A stretch of DNA of 64,000 nucleotides from Dehalococcoidia bacterium (GCA_965197705.1 OZ240223.1:344638-408637); one strand, 5' to 3'. Positions 45,605 to 55,068 are shown, numbered from the stretch's first letter. The notes: generated by a model from the sequence alone, not told the origin. Program-made: numbers and translations.

Positions 45605-47581
45605 ATGGCGAATCAAAAGACTATGTCGATGCCGAAGATGGTTGGCGCGCAGGCCACGGACATAACGGCCCCGCCGTCGTGGGCGATCCTTCAGAGGAGG
45701 CTCATGGCTCTGATGGAGGAGGCCGCTCCCATGATGAGCCGGAAGTACGCCGAGCGAAGCGGAGCGTGGTACTGGTCGGACGACATGGACGACTACTACG
45801 AGCGATCGTATAACTGGTGTCTCCTGTATGCCCTCGGAGGAAGCGAGAGCCTTGTGGACCTGGCCCTGAAGCACTGGAACGCCACAACGCGTCTCTTCGA
45901 CGACCGCGATGGGAACCGCATCAACAACCTCGATTACTATCATGGCGATACCGCGAAGGAGCTCAAGTACAGCATCCACAACGAGTATTTCAGTCTTGCC
46001 CATCCGGGAGATGCGGAGTGGCATCACATGGGCGAAGGCAACATGGCGTTTTACGATTTTGGCGTGGCTGATCCCACGATCTCGGAGAACGTCAGGCGGG
46101 CCAAGCGCTTCGCCGCGATGTATATCGGCGAGGACCCCGAGGCCCCGAACTGGGATCCCGCGCACAAAGTCATCCGGTCGCCGATGAACAGCAGCCAGGG
46201 GCCGTGGCATGACGCCCCGCTCGACGCGGTCAAGGACTATCTGCACGGCGGCACTTCACTCGATAACCCCGCGTGGCAGCCTCGCCCAATGGGTTCGCGC
46301 GCCTCGCTGTACCCAATCGTCAAGGACCTGGAGTTCGGTTGGTGGGACGACCCGGAGAGGGCTGACGAGATCATCGGGCTGTTCAACCACATCGTGTTGA
46401 ACGGCGACCTCGTCGCGAACCTGTCGGCCACCGGACTCGTGACGAACGCGTACCTATACACCGGTGAGGAGAAGTACAAGAAGTGGGTCTTGGAGTACGC
46501 GGAAGTCTGGATGGAGCGCATTCGCCGGAACGGAGGCATCATTCCCGACAACGTCGGGCCGACCGGGAAGATCGGTGAGCACAGGGACGGCAATTGGTGG
46601 GGGGGACTGTACGGGTGGCACAGCGGATACGGCTGTAATCGCCTGTTTCACTCGGTCATGGTCGCGACCGAGTGTGCCGTGCTCTTGAGCGGCGATCTCG
46701 GATACGCAGATCTCATGCGGTCTCAACTCAAGATGCTCCTCGACAACTCGTTTACCCGAGAAGACGGGCACCTGCTCGTGCCGAAGAGGGTTGGGCCCGA
46801 CGGATGGGCCCGGGAGAGTTCAGGAGACGGCGTCATGCTCGGCCCGGAGGCGATGCGGGTCTACGAGCCGGTCCACGTGTACCACATGTCGATGTCGAAG
46901 GAGGACTACGACCTCATCGTCCGGCTGCGGGAGGGAGACAAGGAGCGCGACTGGAACGAGGTGACCTTCCACGGCGACCGCAGGGCGGACTGGGAAACCG
47001 AGTACAGCCGTTTTCAGTACTACGACGGGGAGAACCCCAACTGGCCGGAAAAGGCGTTGACAGCCCAGTACCAGCAGGCGGTGGACGCGTATGAGCGGCT
47101 AAAGGGCGATGACAGGGACGCGTTCCAACTGATCGCCGACAACGAGGAGCCTCCGAATCCGGTGTACACGAAGGTGTTGACCCAGACGATGCTGGGAAGC
47201 CCGCATTCCGTCTACCACGGCGGGCTGCTTCGGGCGACCGTGCGGTATTTCGACAAGGACCTCGCGCGGCCCGGACTGCCGAAGGACGTCGGCGCCCTGG
47301 TGGACTCGCTGTCGGCCGACGGCGTCGGTATTCAACTCGTGAATCTCAGCCGGACCGAGACACGTAATGTTATCGTTCAGGCAGGGGCATTCGGGGAGCA
47401 CCAGTTTACCGAGATCAGGTCTGACGGAAAGGTCCAGCCGCTGGACTCCAAGTATTTTGAGGTCCGGCTTCCTCCCTCAACGTCCATCCGTGTTGAGGCG
47501 GGGATGCGCCGATTCGTCAACGACCCCAGCTATGCCTTCCCCTGGCACGGCGGCACAATCCCGACGCCGTTCCAATACTGA
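45605..47581 (+). CDS. hypothetical protein (large soluble, family not recognised)
   Basis: 658-aa ORF with strong SD and coding-like composition. No motif I can name. Confidence 0.6.
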   Translation: MANQKTMSMPKMVGAQATDITAPPSWAILQRRLMALMEEAAPMMSRKYAERSGAWYWSDDMDDYYERSYNWCLLYALGGSESLVDLALKHWNATTRLFDDRDGNRINNLDYYHGDTAKELKYSIHNEYFSLAHPGDAEWHHMGEGNMAFYDFGVADPTISENVRRAKRFAAMYIGEDPEAPNWDPAHKVIRSPMNSSQGPWHDAPLDAVKDYLHGGTSLDNPAWQPRPMGSRASLYPIVKDLEFGWWDDPERADEIIGLFNHIVLNGDLVANLSATGLVTNAYLYTGEEKYKKWVLEYAEVWMERIRRNGGIIPDNVGPTGKIGEHRDGNWWGGLYGWHSGYGCNRLFHSVMVATECAVLLSGDLGYADLMRSQLKMLLDNSFTREDGHLLVPKRVGPDGWARESSGDGVMLGPEAMRVYEPVHVYHMSMSKEDYDLIVRLREGDKERDWNEVTFHGDRRADWETEYSRFQYYDGENPNWPEKALTAQYQQAVDAYERLKGDDRDAFQLIADNEEPPNPVYTKVLTQTMLGSPHSVYHGGLLRATVRYFDKDLARPGLPKDVGALVDSLSADGVGIQLVNLSRTETRNVIVQAGAFGEHQFTEIRSDGKVQPLDSKYFEVRLPPSTSIRVEAGMRRFVNDPSYAFPWHGGTIPTPFQY

Positions 47582-47608
47582 CGGAGATTCGGTTTGGAAT
47601 TGTAGGCT

Positions 47609-48814
47609 TCAGCGCCTGACGATCTCGCGGGGGGAGCTCGTCAAGACCTCGCAGCCGTTTTCGGTGACGACCGTCGTCTCGCTGAATGCCGTGCCGTATC
47701 GCCCCATCCGTCGGAGCGCGACGGGGTGATGGAAGACCATTCCGGGACGGAGAAAGGTGTCGATGCCTGACATGATTGCGCCAGTGTCGTCGGCCCATGT
47801 CGGCGGGAAGCCCGCGCCGATCGCGTACCCGAAGTTGCCGTGGAAGACGAAGCCGTCCCCGGCCAAGTTCATGCCTTCCCAACCGGCCTGAGCGACATCG
47901 TCGGCGGTTACGCCCGCGCGGATGGTATTCAGGACATTCTCCAACGCGGTCAGACAGGCCTCGGCCATGCGTCTCGCCTCGGTGGGAGGCTCGCCGATGA
48001 AGACCGTCCGCATGGTCGGGGCCGAGTATCGGTGAATGCAGCCGCCCATTTCCAGCAGCACAACGTCCCCGTTTTGGAGGCGGTTGCGCTTGTGCGTCGA
48101 GTGAAGGATGCCGGAACGTCGGCCCGACGTGACGACGGGCGAGAGGCACATATACTCGCTGCCCGCAGCCACAATCGCCTCCGATGCCGCGGCGGCCACG
48201 TCGTTGTCGGTTGCGCCCTCGCGAGCCACGTCTATGGCGGCAGCCATGCCAGCGTCCGTCGTCTTGGCGGCAGCGCGGATGTGCTCGATCTCCCGCGGCG
48301 ACTTCACCGTCTTGACGGCCTCGACGATGCCCGACCCGTCGACGAACCGCGCCTTAGGAAGGGAGGCGACAAGGCCGTCGTACGTCGCCGCCGGAAGACC
48401 GCTGCTTGCTTTCTCCACACCCACCTGCGCGCCTTCCAGTCCACTGTCACGGAGCGTGTCGGCGATGTACCGAGCGTTGCTCCGGTCGGGAGCGTAGCCG
48501 CGCCGGTCGTCGAGCCAGGTGTGGACCAGCGCTCCCCCGAGCTCGGGAGCCGGCACGAGCAGGGTAGGATCGTCTTCCAGAGGGACGACAACGCACTCAC
48601 CGAAGTTCGGCGAGAAGGTCTGGTACCCCGTAAGATACAAGACATTCGGCGGGTGATGCACGAGCAGCACATCGATGTCCCTCTCGCGCATTCCTTCTCG
48701 AACGGCGGCGAGCCGAGCCTCGTACTCCTCAACGGGGAACGCCGGCTCCTGCGGGAGGCCGTCGAGCATATCGAGGGTGGCGAGTCCGCCGGCGATGGTG
48801 GAGTGGACTTTCAT
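47609..48814 (-). CDS. M24-family metallopeptidase (Xaa-Pro aminopeptidase/creatinase-like)
   Basis: 401 aa. Creatinase-type N-domain plus pita-bread fold (DVVLLEMGG, HGNFGYAIG..). Confidence 0.8.
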   Translation of the reverse strand: MKVHSTIAGGLATLDMLDGLPQEPAFPVEEYEARLAAVREGMRERDIDVLLVHHPPNVLYLTGYQTFSPNFGECVVVPLEDDPTLLVPAPELGGALVHTWLDDRRGYAPDRSNARYIADTLRDSGLEGAQVGVEKASSGLPAATYDGLVASLPKARFVDGSGIVEAVKTVKSPREIEHIRAAAKTTDAGMAAAIDVAREGATDNDVAAAASEAIVAAGSEYMCLSPVVTSGRRSGILHSTHKRNRLQNGDVVLLEMGGCIHRYSAPTMRTVFIGEPPTEARRMAEACLTALENVLNTIRAGVTADDVAQAGWEGMNLAGDGFVFHGNFGYAIGAGFPPTWADDTGAIMSGIDTFLRPGMVFHHPVALRRMGRYGTAFSETTVVTENGCEVLTSSPREIVRR

Positions 48815-48951
48815 GGGTGTAGGCCTTTCGGGTGGAGATTGGTCTCATGGTATCATCGGCTTGATACCTTTTGGCGAGCCGACCACACGGATGAACGTTA
48901 TACTGGAATGATCAGATCCGTAGGCCAGACTATATTCGGAGTGGGATTGTT

Positions 48952-49185
48952 GTGAGTTCGGGAGGGAGAAGGCTTCGGAACGTAAGGGCGCAACGGGCGA
49001 TCCGCGCATTCCATCGTCTGGGATATGTAACCGCCCGAATCCGGGGAAGTCATCACATCCTTAAACATCCAGATAGAGGAATGATCGTCCTCCCGCTTCA
49101 CAGAGGGATGGTGAAGACGGGACTCCTGCTAGACGCCCTCGAGCGGGCAGATATCTCAGTGGAGGATTTTGAAGCACTTCTCTGA
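48952..49185 (+). CDS. hicA: HicA toxin (YcfA-like mRNA interferase)
   Basis: 77 aa, GTG start. GYVTARIRGSHHILKHPD.. matches the HicA pattern. Confidence 0.8.
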   Translation: MSSGGRRLRNVRAQRAIRAFHRLGYVTARIRGSHHILKHPDRGMIVLPLHRGMVKTGLLLDALERADISVEDFEALL

Positions 49186-49197
49186 GGGAGAAAACCT

Positions 49198-49413
49198 ATG
49201 CAGTATTCAGTCGTAGTTCATACAGCCGAAGAAGGCGGGTTCTGGGTTGAAGTCCCGGCATTGCCCGGCTGCTACTCTCAAGGCGAGTCGGTGGAAGAGT
49301 CCCTCCGGAACGTAAGTGAAGCCATAGAGTTGTATCTCGAAGTGCTTAGGGACGAGGGCCGGGACGTGCCGAAGGATGCCGAAGTCGTCTATCAAGTAAG
49401 TGTGGCGGTGTAG
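49198..49413 (+). CDS. hicB: HicB antitoxin (UPF0150 fold, short form)
   Basis: 71 aa. YSVVVHTAEEGGFWVEVPALPGCYSQGESVEESLRNVSEAIELYLE. Confidence 0.8.
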   Translation: MQYSVVVHTAEEGGFWVEVPALPGCYSQGESVEESLRNVSEAIELYLEVLRDEGRDVPKDAEVVYQVSVAV

Positions 49414-49443
49414 GTGAGGGAGCGCCGCCCGGTCGTTCAAGAA

Positions 49444-49500
49444 GCTGTTCAGCATATCGAGCGGGGCGAGTCCTCCGGCGAACGAGGAGAGGACTCTCAT
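49444..49500 (-). pseudogene. relic duplicate of the M24 peptidase 5' end
   Basis: 57 nt aligned by hand to 48758-48814: 46 of 57 identical. Encodes MRVLSSFAGGLAPLDMLNS versus MKVHSTIAGGLATLDMLDG. The relic ATG overlaps the stop of the PIN-like gene (ATGA). Confidence 0.7.
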
Positions 49501-50867
49501 TCGGAATCCTCTTCTGGATCGTCTTCGGTATCTGTGAGTGCTCTATCGTCCTCTTCAACCCATTGAATTCTGTAGGGGTAACACCTTTCTCGCGTTTCCC
49601 CTACCGCCCATGTACCCAAAGCATCATCGAGAAACTCAATCAGGGCGGTTTCCAAATCCCAAGGCCCGGAACTCAGATCGTATTCTGTCTCCCAGCCTAG
49701 AATCTCTTCTAGCTCCTCATTCAGTTGAATCACTGAACGGTAAACGTCACCCACGCTCTTAGCGGATCTATCGAAGAGAGATCGCATGTGCTGGTCATGC
49801 TCATCACTAAGTTCGTCGTACCTCTTTGCCACTTCCGGGCTTAGATTCCGTTTGTGAGTTTCCGCGTGAGGGCCATAGGGTTCCCCTTTCAAGAAGGCAA
49901 ACCCTATATTGAACTGTAGCATCCAGAGTATTCGAGTTAGTGGGGTTTGTAGAACCCAAGACTGGTGCTCATACTCCAGCATACTGCAAACATAGCGCCT
50001 TACATCTTTCGGGATCCCTTCATCCGATCCCATGAAGTCGAGGTTCTCAAAAGGCATCTCAGCATACTCGGAGCTAATGGGAATTTCGTCTGTTGATAAA
50101 TTGTAGAGCGCCAAGTTCTTGTACGGGAACGTCCAACGAAATGGAAATCGTTTCCCGTCATATGTGAGGCCACCAGAACCTCGTGCAATGAGTTCGTCTC
50201 GTTTTTCGCTCCTGAGCTCTTCCAGTGTCATCGCGATCCGTACTTGCCGCTCGTTATTAGGGTCGAGAAGTGCAGCGATGGCTTCATCGACATCAGGCAG
50301 TCTGCTAGAACCGGGCTCTCGAGAGATATTTTCAAACGTTTCCGAAGAGCGCAGTTCGGAGAGTTTACAAGCAGAAAGGCCATCAGTAATGTCGGCGATG
50401 CGCCTGAGGTCATTTTCTTCGGTGACAAACAACGTTGAGACGTCAAGGAAGTCTTGGGTACAGGCGGCGGTCATTCTCAACAACGCGGCATCAACTTTGC
50501 CTTTGTCACTTCGGGCCTGCTCGTCTTCTAATACATTAAAGCCCGCACTCGCGGGAGCGCTCACGGTGATCAGCCAGAGATCGTTTCCAAGCTCAATCCC
50601 AGTGTCCGGCTTGCCTCGCTTGTAGAATTTACCTGTAGCGTTGAAAGCATGTAATGCCTTTTTCCGGGTCCGTTCATCCTTGTCCTTACGCAATCTCATA
50701 AGTTCACCATCCACGAGGATAGGAACGACCAGCAGAAACGGTCCCGACGCACTAATCTTCAAGCGATCGAGCCAAGGGAACTTCATGATTACATTGGTGT
50801 CCAGTACCAGAATCACTCGCGGCTTTATGCGATTAACGGCGTCAACAAGGTTTTGAGGTGCTTTCAT
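49497..50867 (-). CDS. PIN-like nuclease domain protein with uncharacterised ~270-aa C-terminal region
   Basis: 456 aa. N-terminal VILVLDTNVIM, VDGELMRL, DAALL, LFVTEENDL fit the four acidic positions of a PIN fold. The C-terminus has no motif I recognise. AT-richer than the backbone by eye. Confidence 0.65.
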   Translation of the reverse strand: MKAPQNLVDAVNRIKPRVILVLDTNVIMKFPWLDRLKISASGPFLLVVPILVDGELMRLRKDKDERTRKKALHAFNATGKFYKRGKPDTGIELGNDLWLITVSAPASAGFNVLEDEQARSDKGKVDAALLRMTAACTQDFLDVSTLFVTEENDLRRIADITDGLSACKLSELRSSETFENISREPGSSRLPDVDEAIAALLDPNNERQVRIAMTLEELRSEKRDELIARGSGGLTYDGKRFPFRWTFPYKNLALYNLSTDEIPISSEYAEMPFENLDFMGSDEGIPKDVRRYVCSMLEYEHQSWVLQTPLTRILWMLQFNIGFAFLKGEPYGPHAETHKRNLSPEVAKRYDELSDEHDQHMRSLFDRSAKSVGDVYRSVIQLNEELEEILGWETEYDLSSGPWDLETALIEFLDDALGTWAVGETRERCYPYRIQWVEEDDRALTDTEDDPEEDSE

Positions 50868-50899
50868 CTTCGCTCCTGCTTATCACGAACAATCCGCTT

Positions 50900-51026
50900 C
50901 TAGTACCGGTTCCATATGGTTTTGGTAGCTTACTCAGAACACCCTCACCCTAGCCCTCTCCCACGACGGGAGAGGGGATACGCGCATCTCAATTCGACTG
51001 TCATATTCAAATGGGAACGGTACTCG
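50900..51026 (+). mobile_element. MITE family 2, copy e (subfamily II)
   Basis: About 127 bp. CTAGTACCGGTTCCATATGG ... CAAATGGGAACGGTACTCG with the same core. Fills the gap between the PIN-like gene start and the VWA gene stop. Confidence 0.75.
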
Positions 51027-51029
51027 CCC

Positions 51030-54000
51030 CTACATCGTCAGGCGGCGGTAGAGGAAAAGTAGGCGGCGGGGGAGTTGGAGGATGTCGTCGAGGATCTCGT
51101 AGCCCATGTCCTGGCACATGGTGGCGAGGTAGTCGTGGCCGTTTTTGTCGACGGTGAGCGCGAATGCCGTGATGTCCTTGGCCTTTGCCTCGTCGAGGGC
51201 CATCTTGGTGTCGTGGACGGCGTACTCCTTCTCCACCCCCTCGCGGCTGTAGCCCCTGTCCTGCGGCCTGCCGTCGCTGATGAGGAAGAGGAGCTTCGTC
51301 TTGGCCTCCAGCGCGTCCAGCTTGGACGTCGCGTGACGGATGGCAGGTCCCATGCGCGTGGCATGTAGGGGCGACACCCGGTCGATACGCCTCTTGATGC
51401 TGTCCGAGAAATTTTCCTCGATGTCCTTGATGGTGTAGAACTCGACGTTTTCTCGCCCGTAGCCTGAGAATGCGTAGATGCCGTAGCGGTCGCCGACGGC
51501 CTCGAGGGCGTTGATGAGCAGAACGCAGGCCTCCTTCTCCAGGTCGATGATGCGCTTGTAGGACCGACGCATTCCATCGCCGCGTCGCGTTCGCAGCCAC
51601 GTCATGTACTCGACGGGGTCGTCGGGGGCGTCCCAGTCCTCGCCCTTGCGCGAATCGTCGACTGCCTCAGCCGTCGAGGCGCTCGTGTCCAGCAGGAACA
51701 CGACCGCCACGTCGCGCTGCACCTTATTGCGCCGCCAGTACAGCTTGTCGCTGGGACTTGACCCGGTCCTGATATCGACAATCGCTTCGATCACGTCGTC
51801 GATGTCGATCTCATCGCCGTCCTCCAGCTTGCGCTGCTTGCGGAACATCTCCGGCACCAGCAACTCGAACTGCCGCCGTATCTGGTTCACCAGCGTCGAG
51901 TAGCCCGCGAGAGTCTGCCCGTAGTATGCGGGATCGCCCTCGCTCATCTGCTTCTGGCGCACGATGCACCAGCGCGGCTTGTAGTCCTCCGCGCGGAAGT
52001 CCCACTCGTCGTAGACGAAGGTCTGCGGCTCGTCGGGGTCGATGGGGCCGCCGTCCTCGTCCACGTGCACGAACTGTCCCTGCCCGCGGTCGGGGTGCGA
52101 CGGCGCGGTCATGCTGGCCTCTTTGAGCATGTTCTGAGCCATGTCCGCGGTCATGTCCTCGGCCTCGCCGAACTCCATCGCGTCGAGGTCGAGCTCCGCG
52201 CTGTTCTGGATAAGCTCCTGGAGCATCTCCTGGGTGATTTCCTGAGAGTCGCCGTCGGTGGAGCCTTCGCTTCCCTTCTGCAGGCGAAGCTGTTCGAGAA
52301 GCTGCACCATCTCCGGCTTGAAGTCGCCGCGGTAGTCCACGTCCTGGCTGGTCTCGTACTCCTGCTCGCCCGGAGACTTCTCCTGCGACTCCGCGCCGAG
52401 TCCCTCCATGAGCGACTGGATGATGTCGTCCTCGGCCTCCGACTCCATCGAGGACTCGTCGGCGTCGTCGCCAAGGTCGAGGTCCTGGAACTCGTCCTCG
52501 TCGAGCGGCCTGTTCGGTATCTGGACCAGCACGGCGTAGATTCGGAGCATAGCTTCTGAGGTGTCCTCGACGGACGATCCGAATGCGTTGGCCCGCCGCG
52601 CGATAGATGCGATCTTGCGGGCCTCCTCGACGTACTCCACCGGCGTGGGAAGGCTCTCGTCCGCCCGCAGCGTCACCCGCACGAGGAACTCGACCATCGC
52701 CTCGCGAGCAGGCATCTGCGTGATTTCAGGACGTGACGCGAGGGCGTCGGTCTGCACACGGGCGTAGCTCTTTCTCATGCCGAGGTACTCGGTGAGCACC
52801 CGAATGTCCAGCCGCCCGCCCTCGATGATGGTGAACAGGTCGAGCGAGAGTTTTCTGTCCTCTAGGAGATTGAAGAGACGTTGGATATCGGTCACCCACT
52901 CTGTCCCTTCTCCGTTCGACTCAACAGTCTCAAGCACTTTCCTCTCGAGCGTGGGCCGCAGGTCTTTGAATACCGTTGACGGTGTATCGAACTCGAACCA
53001 GAAGCTGCCGAACTCCAACCGCGCCACCTGGTGAGTTGAGACGACCTTGAACAGCGCGAAGTTCTCTTCCTTGGTCTGGTAGCGGTCGGCGATGGCGGGG
53101 ACGTAGACGGTAGAGCCCTCCGTTGTCGGAGAGTCCGGGGCGAGCCACCCGATGCGCTTTTCGGCGAGCTCCTCGCTCGCGGCGACCTTCACCTCGGCGC
53201 CAGCGAGGGCCTGGCAGTACATTTCCATGAGGTCCTTGATGCGCTCGAACTCGATGTTGGCGGAGAGCGCGTCGAGCTCGCTCTGCGAGTGTGCCGATTC
53301 CAGGCGGAAGTAGGCCATTCCCGCGTCGCGGTTTCGCTGGAGCACCCTGATGCCCTCGAGGTACCACTGCTGCAACTGGATAATCGTCACTCTTTCGAGG
53401 GCCTTCGGACAGCTCTTGATGAAGTCGGGGATCGCGCTGGGCGCGTGCGTCATCAGGTCTTCCGACATCTCCAGCACATGCTCGTGGTGCTCGTTGTCGA
53501 GCTCCCACAGCGCCTGCGACACTTCCAGCATGGCGCCCGCGAGGTTGCCGACGCCGCTCTCCCTGAGCGCGTCCGACAGGGCGATGAAGCGACCCCGCTG
53601 GCTTGCCTGCACCCTCGGCAGCGACCGGGCCGTCGCGTCGAACACGCTCTTGACCTGCCGCCATCCCGTCTCCGCGACCGAGTGCGACAGGGCGATGTAT
53701 GCTTGATTGTGCTCGCCGAGCGCTGGGAAGATACGCTCACCCAGGACGATGCAGTCGGTCGCCACGTCGTATGACCGGCGCGAGACGTACTCCAAGAATG
53801 CCACGAACCGGTCGAGGTCCTCGATTTCGAGTGACTGGACCAGCTTCGGGCTGGAGTCGAAGAACTTGCAGGCCAGAGTGCCCGACTTCCACGTGCCCTT
53901 GTAGAGCCGACGGCCCATCATCGCCCAGGCCTCGACGTGCCGGGCACGGAGCTTCTGCAGGGTGCCGTGACTCGCGTTGAAGTAGCACGCCGCGAGGGTC

Positions 54001-54290
54001 GGTGAGTCCTGACATAGTCGCAGGCCGCACTCCGACCACTCCTCGAAGCGGCTGAACGGCATCAGGCTCACGATCTTGGCGCTCGACTTGTAGTACTGCG
54101 CGGCCGACTCCCACGAGCGGACGGTCTGTCCGGCCAGCCGGACGCCCATGTCGGCCCACGTCGAAAACTGCTGGGAGCTCAGCAGGTCGGACATCTTGTG
54201 CCACGACTTGTCGAACTCCTCGATGGTAAGTGGAGGGTACTGTTCGAGGGCCGTCCGAACTCTCTGGCGGATTACGTTGGTGTCTTCCAC
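51030..54290 (-). CDS. large VWA-domain protein (CbbO/NorD-like partner of a CbbQ/NorQ AAA+ ATPase)
   Basis: 1086 aa. C-terminal VWA with MIDAS VVFLLDTSAST, preceded by YDEWDFRAEDYKPRWCIV typical of NorD/CbbO. Long helical N-terminal region and acidic linkers. Confidence 0.75.
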   Translation of the reverse strand: MEDTNVIRQRVRTALEQYPPLTIEEFDKSWHKMSDLLSSQQFSTWADMGVRLAGQTVRSWESAAQYYKSSAKIVSLMPFSRFEEWSECGLRLCQDSPTLAACYFNASHGTLQKLRARHVEAWAMMGRRLYKGTWKSGTLACKFFDSSPKLVQSLEIEDLDRFVAFLEYVSRRSYDVATDCIVLGERIFPALGEHNQAYIALSHSVAETGWRQVKSVFDATARSLPRVQASQRGRFIALSDALRESGVGNLAGAMLEVSQALWELDNEHHEHVLEMSEDLMTHAPSAIPDFIKSCPKALERVTIIQLQQWYLEGIRVLQRNRDAGMAYFRLESAHSQSELDALSANIEFERIKDLMEMYCQALAGAEVKVAASEELAEKRIGWLAPDSPTTEGSTVYVPAIADRYQTKEENFALFKVVSTHQVARLEFGSFWFEFDTPSTVFKDLRPTLERKVLETVESNGEGTEWVTDIQRLFNLLEDRKLSLDLFTIIEGGRLDIRVLTEYLGMRKSYARVQTDALASRPEITQMPAREAMVEFLVRVTLRADESLPTPVEYVEEARKIASIARRANAFGSSVEDTSEAMLRIYAVLVQIPNRPLDEDEFQDLDLGDDADESSMESEAEDDIIQSLMEGLGAESQEKSPGEQEYETSQDVDYRGDFKPEMVQLLEQLRLQKGSEGSTDGDSQEITQEMLQELIQNSAELDLDAMEFGEAEDMTADMAQNMLKEASMTAPSHPDRGQGQFVHVDEDGGPIDPDEPQTFVYDEWDFRAEDYKPRWCIVRQKQMSEGDPAYYGQTLAGYSTLVNQIRRQFELLVPEMFRKQRKLEDGDEIDIDDVIEAIVDIRTGSSPSDKLYWRRNKVQRDVAVVFLLDTSASTAEAVDDSRKGEDWDAPDDPVEYMTWLRTRRGDGMRRSYKRIIDLEKEACVLLINALEAVGDRYGIYAFSGYGRENVEFYTIKDIEENFSDSIKRRIDRVSPLHATRMGPAIRHATSKLDALEAKTKLLFLISDGRPQDRGYSREGVEKEYAVHDTKMALDEAKAKDITAFALTVDKNGHDYLATMCQDMGYEILDDILQLPRRLLFLYRRLTM

Positions 54291-54889
54291 AAATCCTCTC
54301 CGTCGTCGATGGTTTTCAGGATGCGGACGAGGCCTTCCACTATCATACCCGTCGCGCCCCAGATCAGGTGCCCGTTATGGGCATAGGTCGCGCGACGCTG
54401 TACCGCGCCATTCACAAGCCGTGTGTCGTCCCGGAGGTTTCGCCCGTTCAGGATGGCCTCCAACGGCACCTCGACTACCTCGGCAACCTCGATGTTGGGC
54501 TTGAAGTGGTACTCGCCGGGTATGGCCCCCACGTAGGGAGTGACCACAAAGTCGGATATCGTCACGATATCGTCCAGCTCGCCCAGCACCGTCACGTCAG
54601 CCGGGTCGATGGACATCTCCTCCCACGTCTCGCGCAGGGCGGTGTCCAGTATCGTCGCGTCGCCGGACTCCCAGCCTCCGCCGGGGAAGGCGATCTCGCC
54701 CTTGTGCTTGTCGACGTGCTGGCTCCGCTTGTTGAACAGCACGTGTCGCTGCCCGTCCTTAGGGTAGACGAGCACGAGGACGCCTGCGCGGGCCATGGAG
54801 GGATTTTCAATCGAGCGTTTGCAATGCCGCGCCAGCGCTTGCCGGATTGCGGACTCGACCGGTGTTGCGGGCATTGCTTTGGGTGGCAT
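54272..54889 (-). CDS. NUDIX hydrolase, CoA pyrophosphatase-like
   Basis: 205 aa. VLFNKRSQHVDKHKGEIAFPGG resembles the NUDT7/NudL signature. Nudix box GGWESGDATILDTALRETWEEM. The 3' end overlaps the VWA gene start by 19 nt. Confidence 0.7.
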   Translation of the reverse strand: MPPKAMPATPVESAIRQALARHCKRSIENPSMARAGVLVLVYPKDGQRHVLFNKRSQHVDKHKGEIAFPGGGWESGDATILDTALRETWEEMSIDPADVTVLGELDDIVTISDFVVTPYVGAIPGEYHFKPNIEVAEVVEVPLEAILNGRNLRDDTRLVNGAVQRRATYAHNGHLIWGATGMIVEGLVRILKTIDDGEDLWKTPT

Positions 54890-54908
54890 AGAGAACGGTG
54901 CGCGGCGC

Positions 54909-55045
54909 TAGTACTCAGTCAACATTGTTTTGATATTGCGATACACCTTCACCCTCACCCTCACCCTCACCCTAGCCCTCTCCCACGACGGGAGAGGGGA
55001 TAAATCGGCATCTATCCAGTTTGTTATATTCAGGTAACGCAGCAT
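54909..55045 (+). mobile_element. MITE family 2, copy f (subfamily I, degenerate right end)
   Basis: CTAGTACTCAGTCAACATTG.. with a core carrying three CACCCT repeats. The right end is decayed. Separates the Nudix gene from the AAA+ gene. Confidence 0.65.
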
Positions 55046-55068
55046 TCACCGACGCCGGGTACGCAGAA

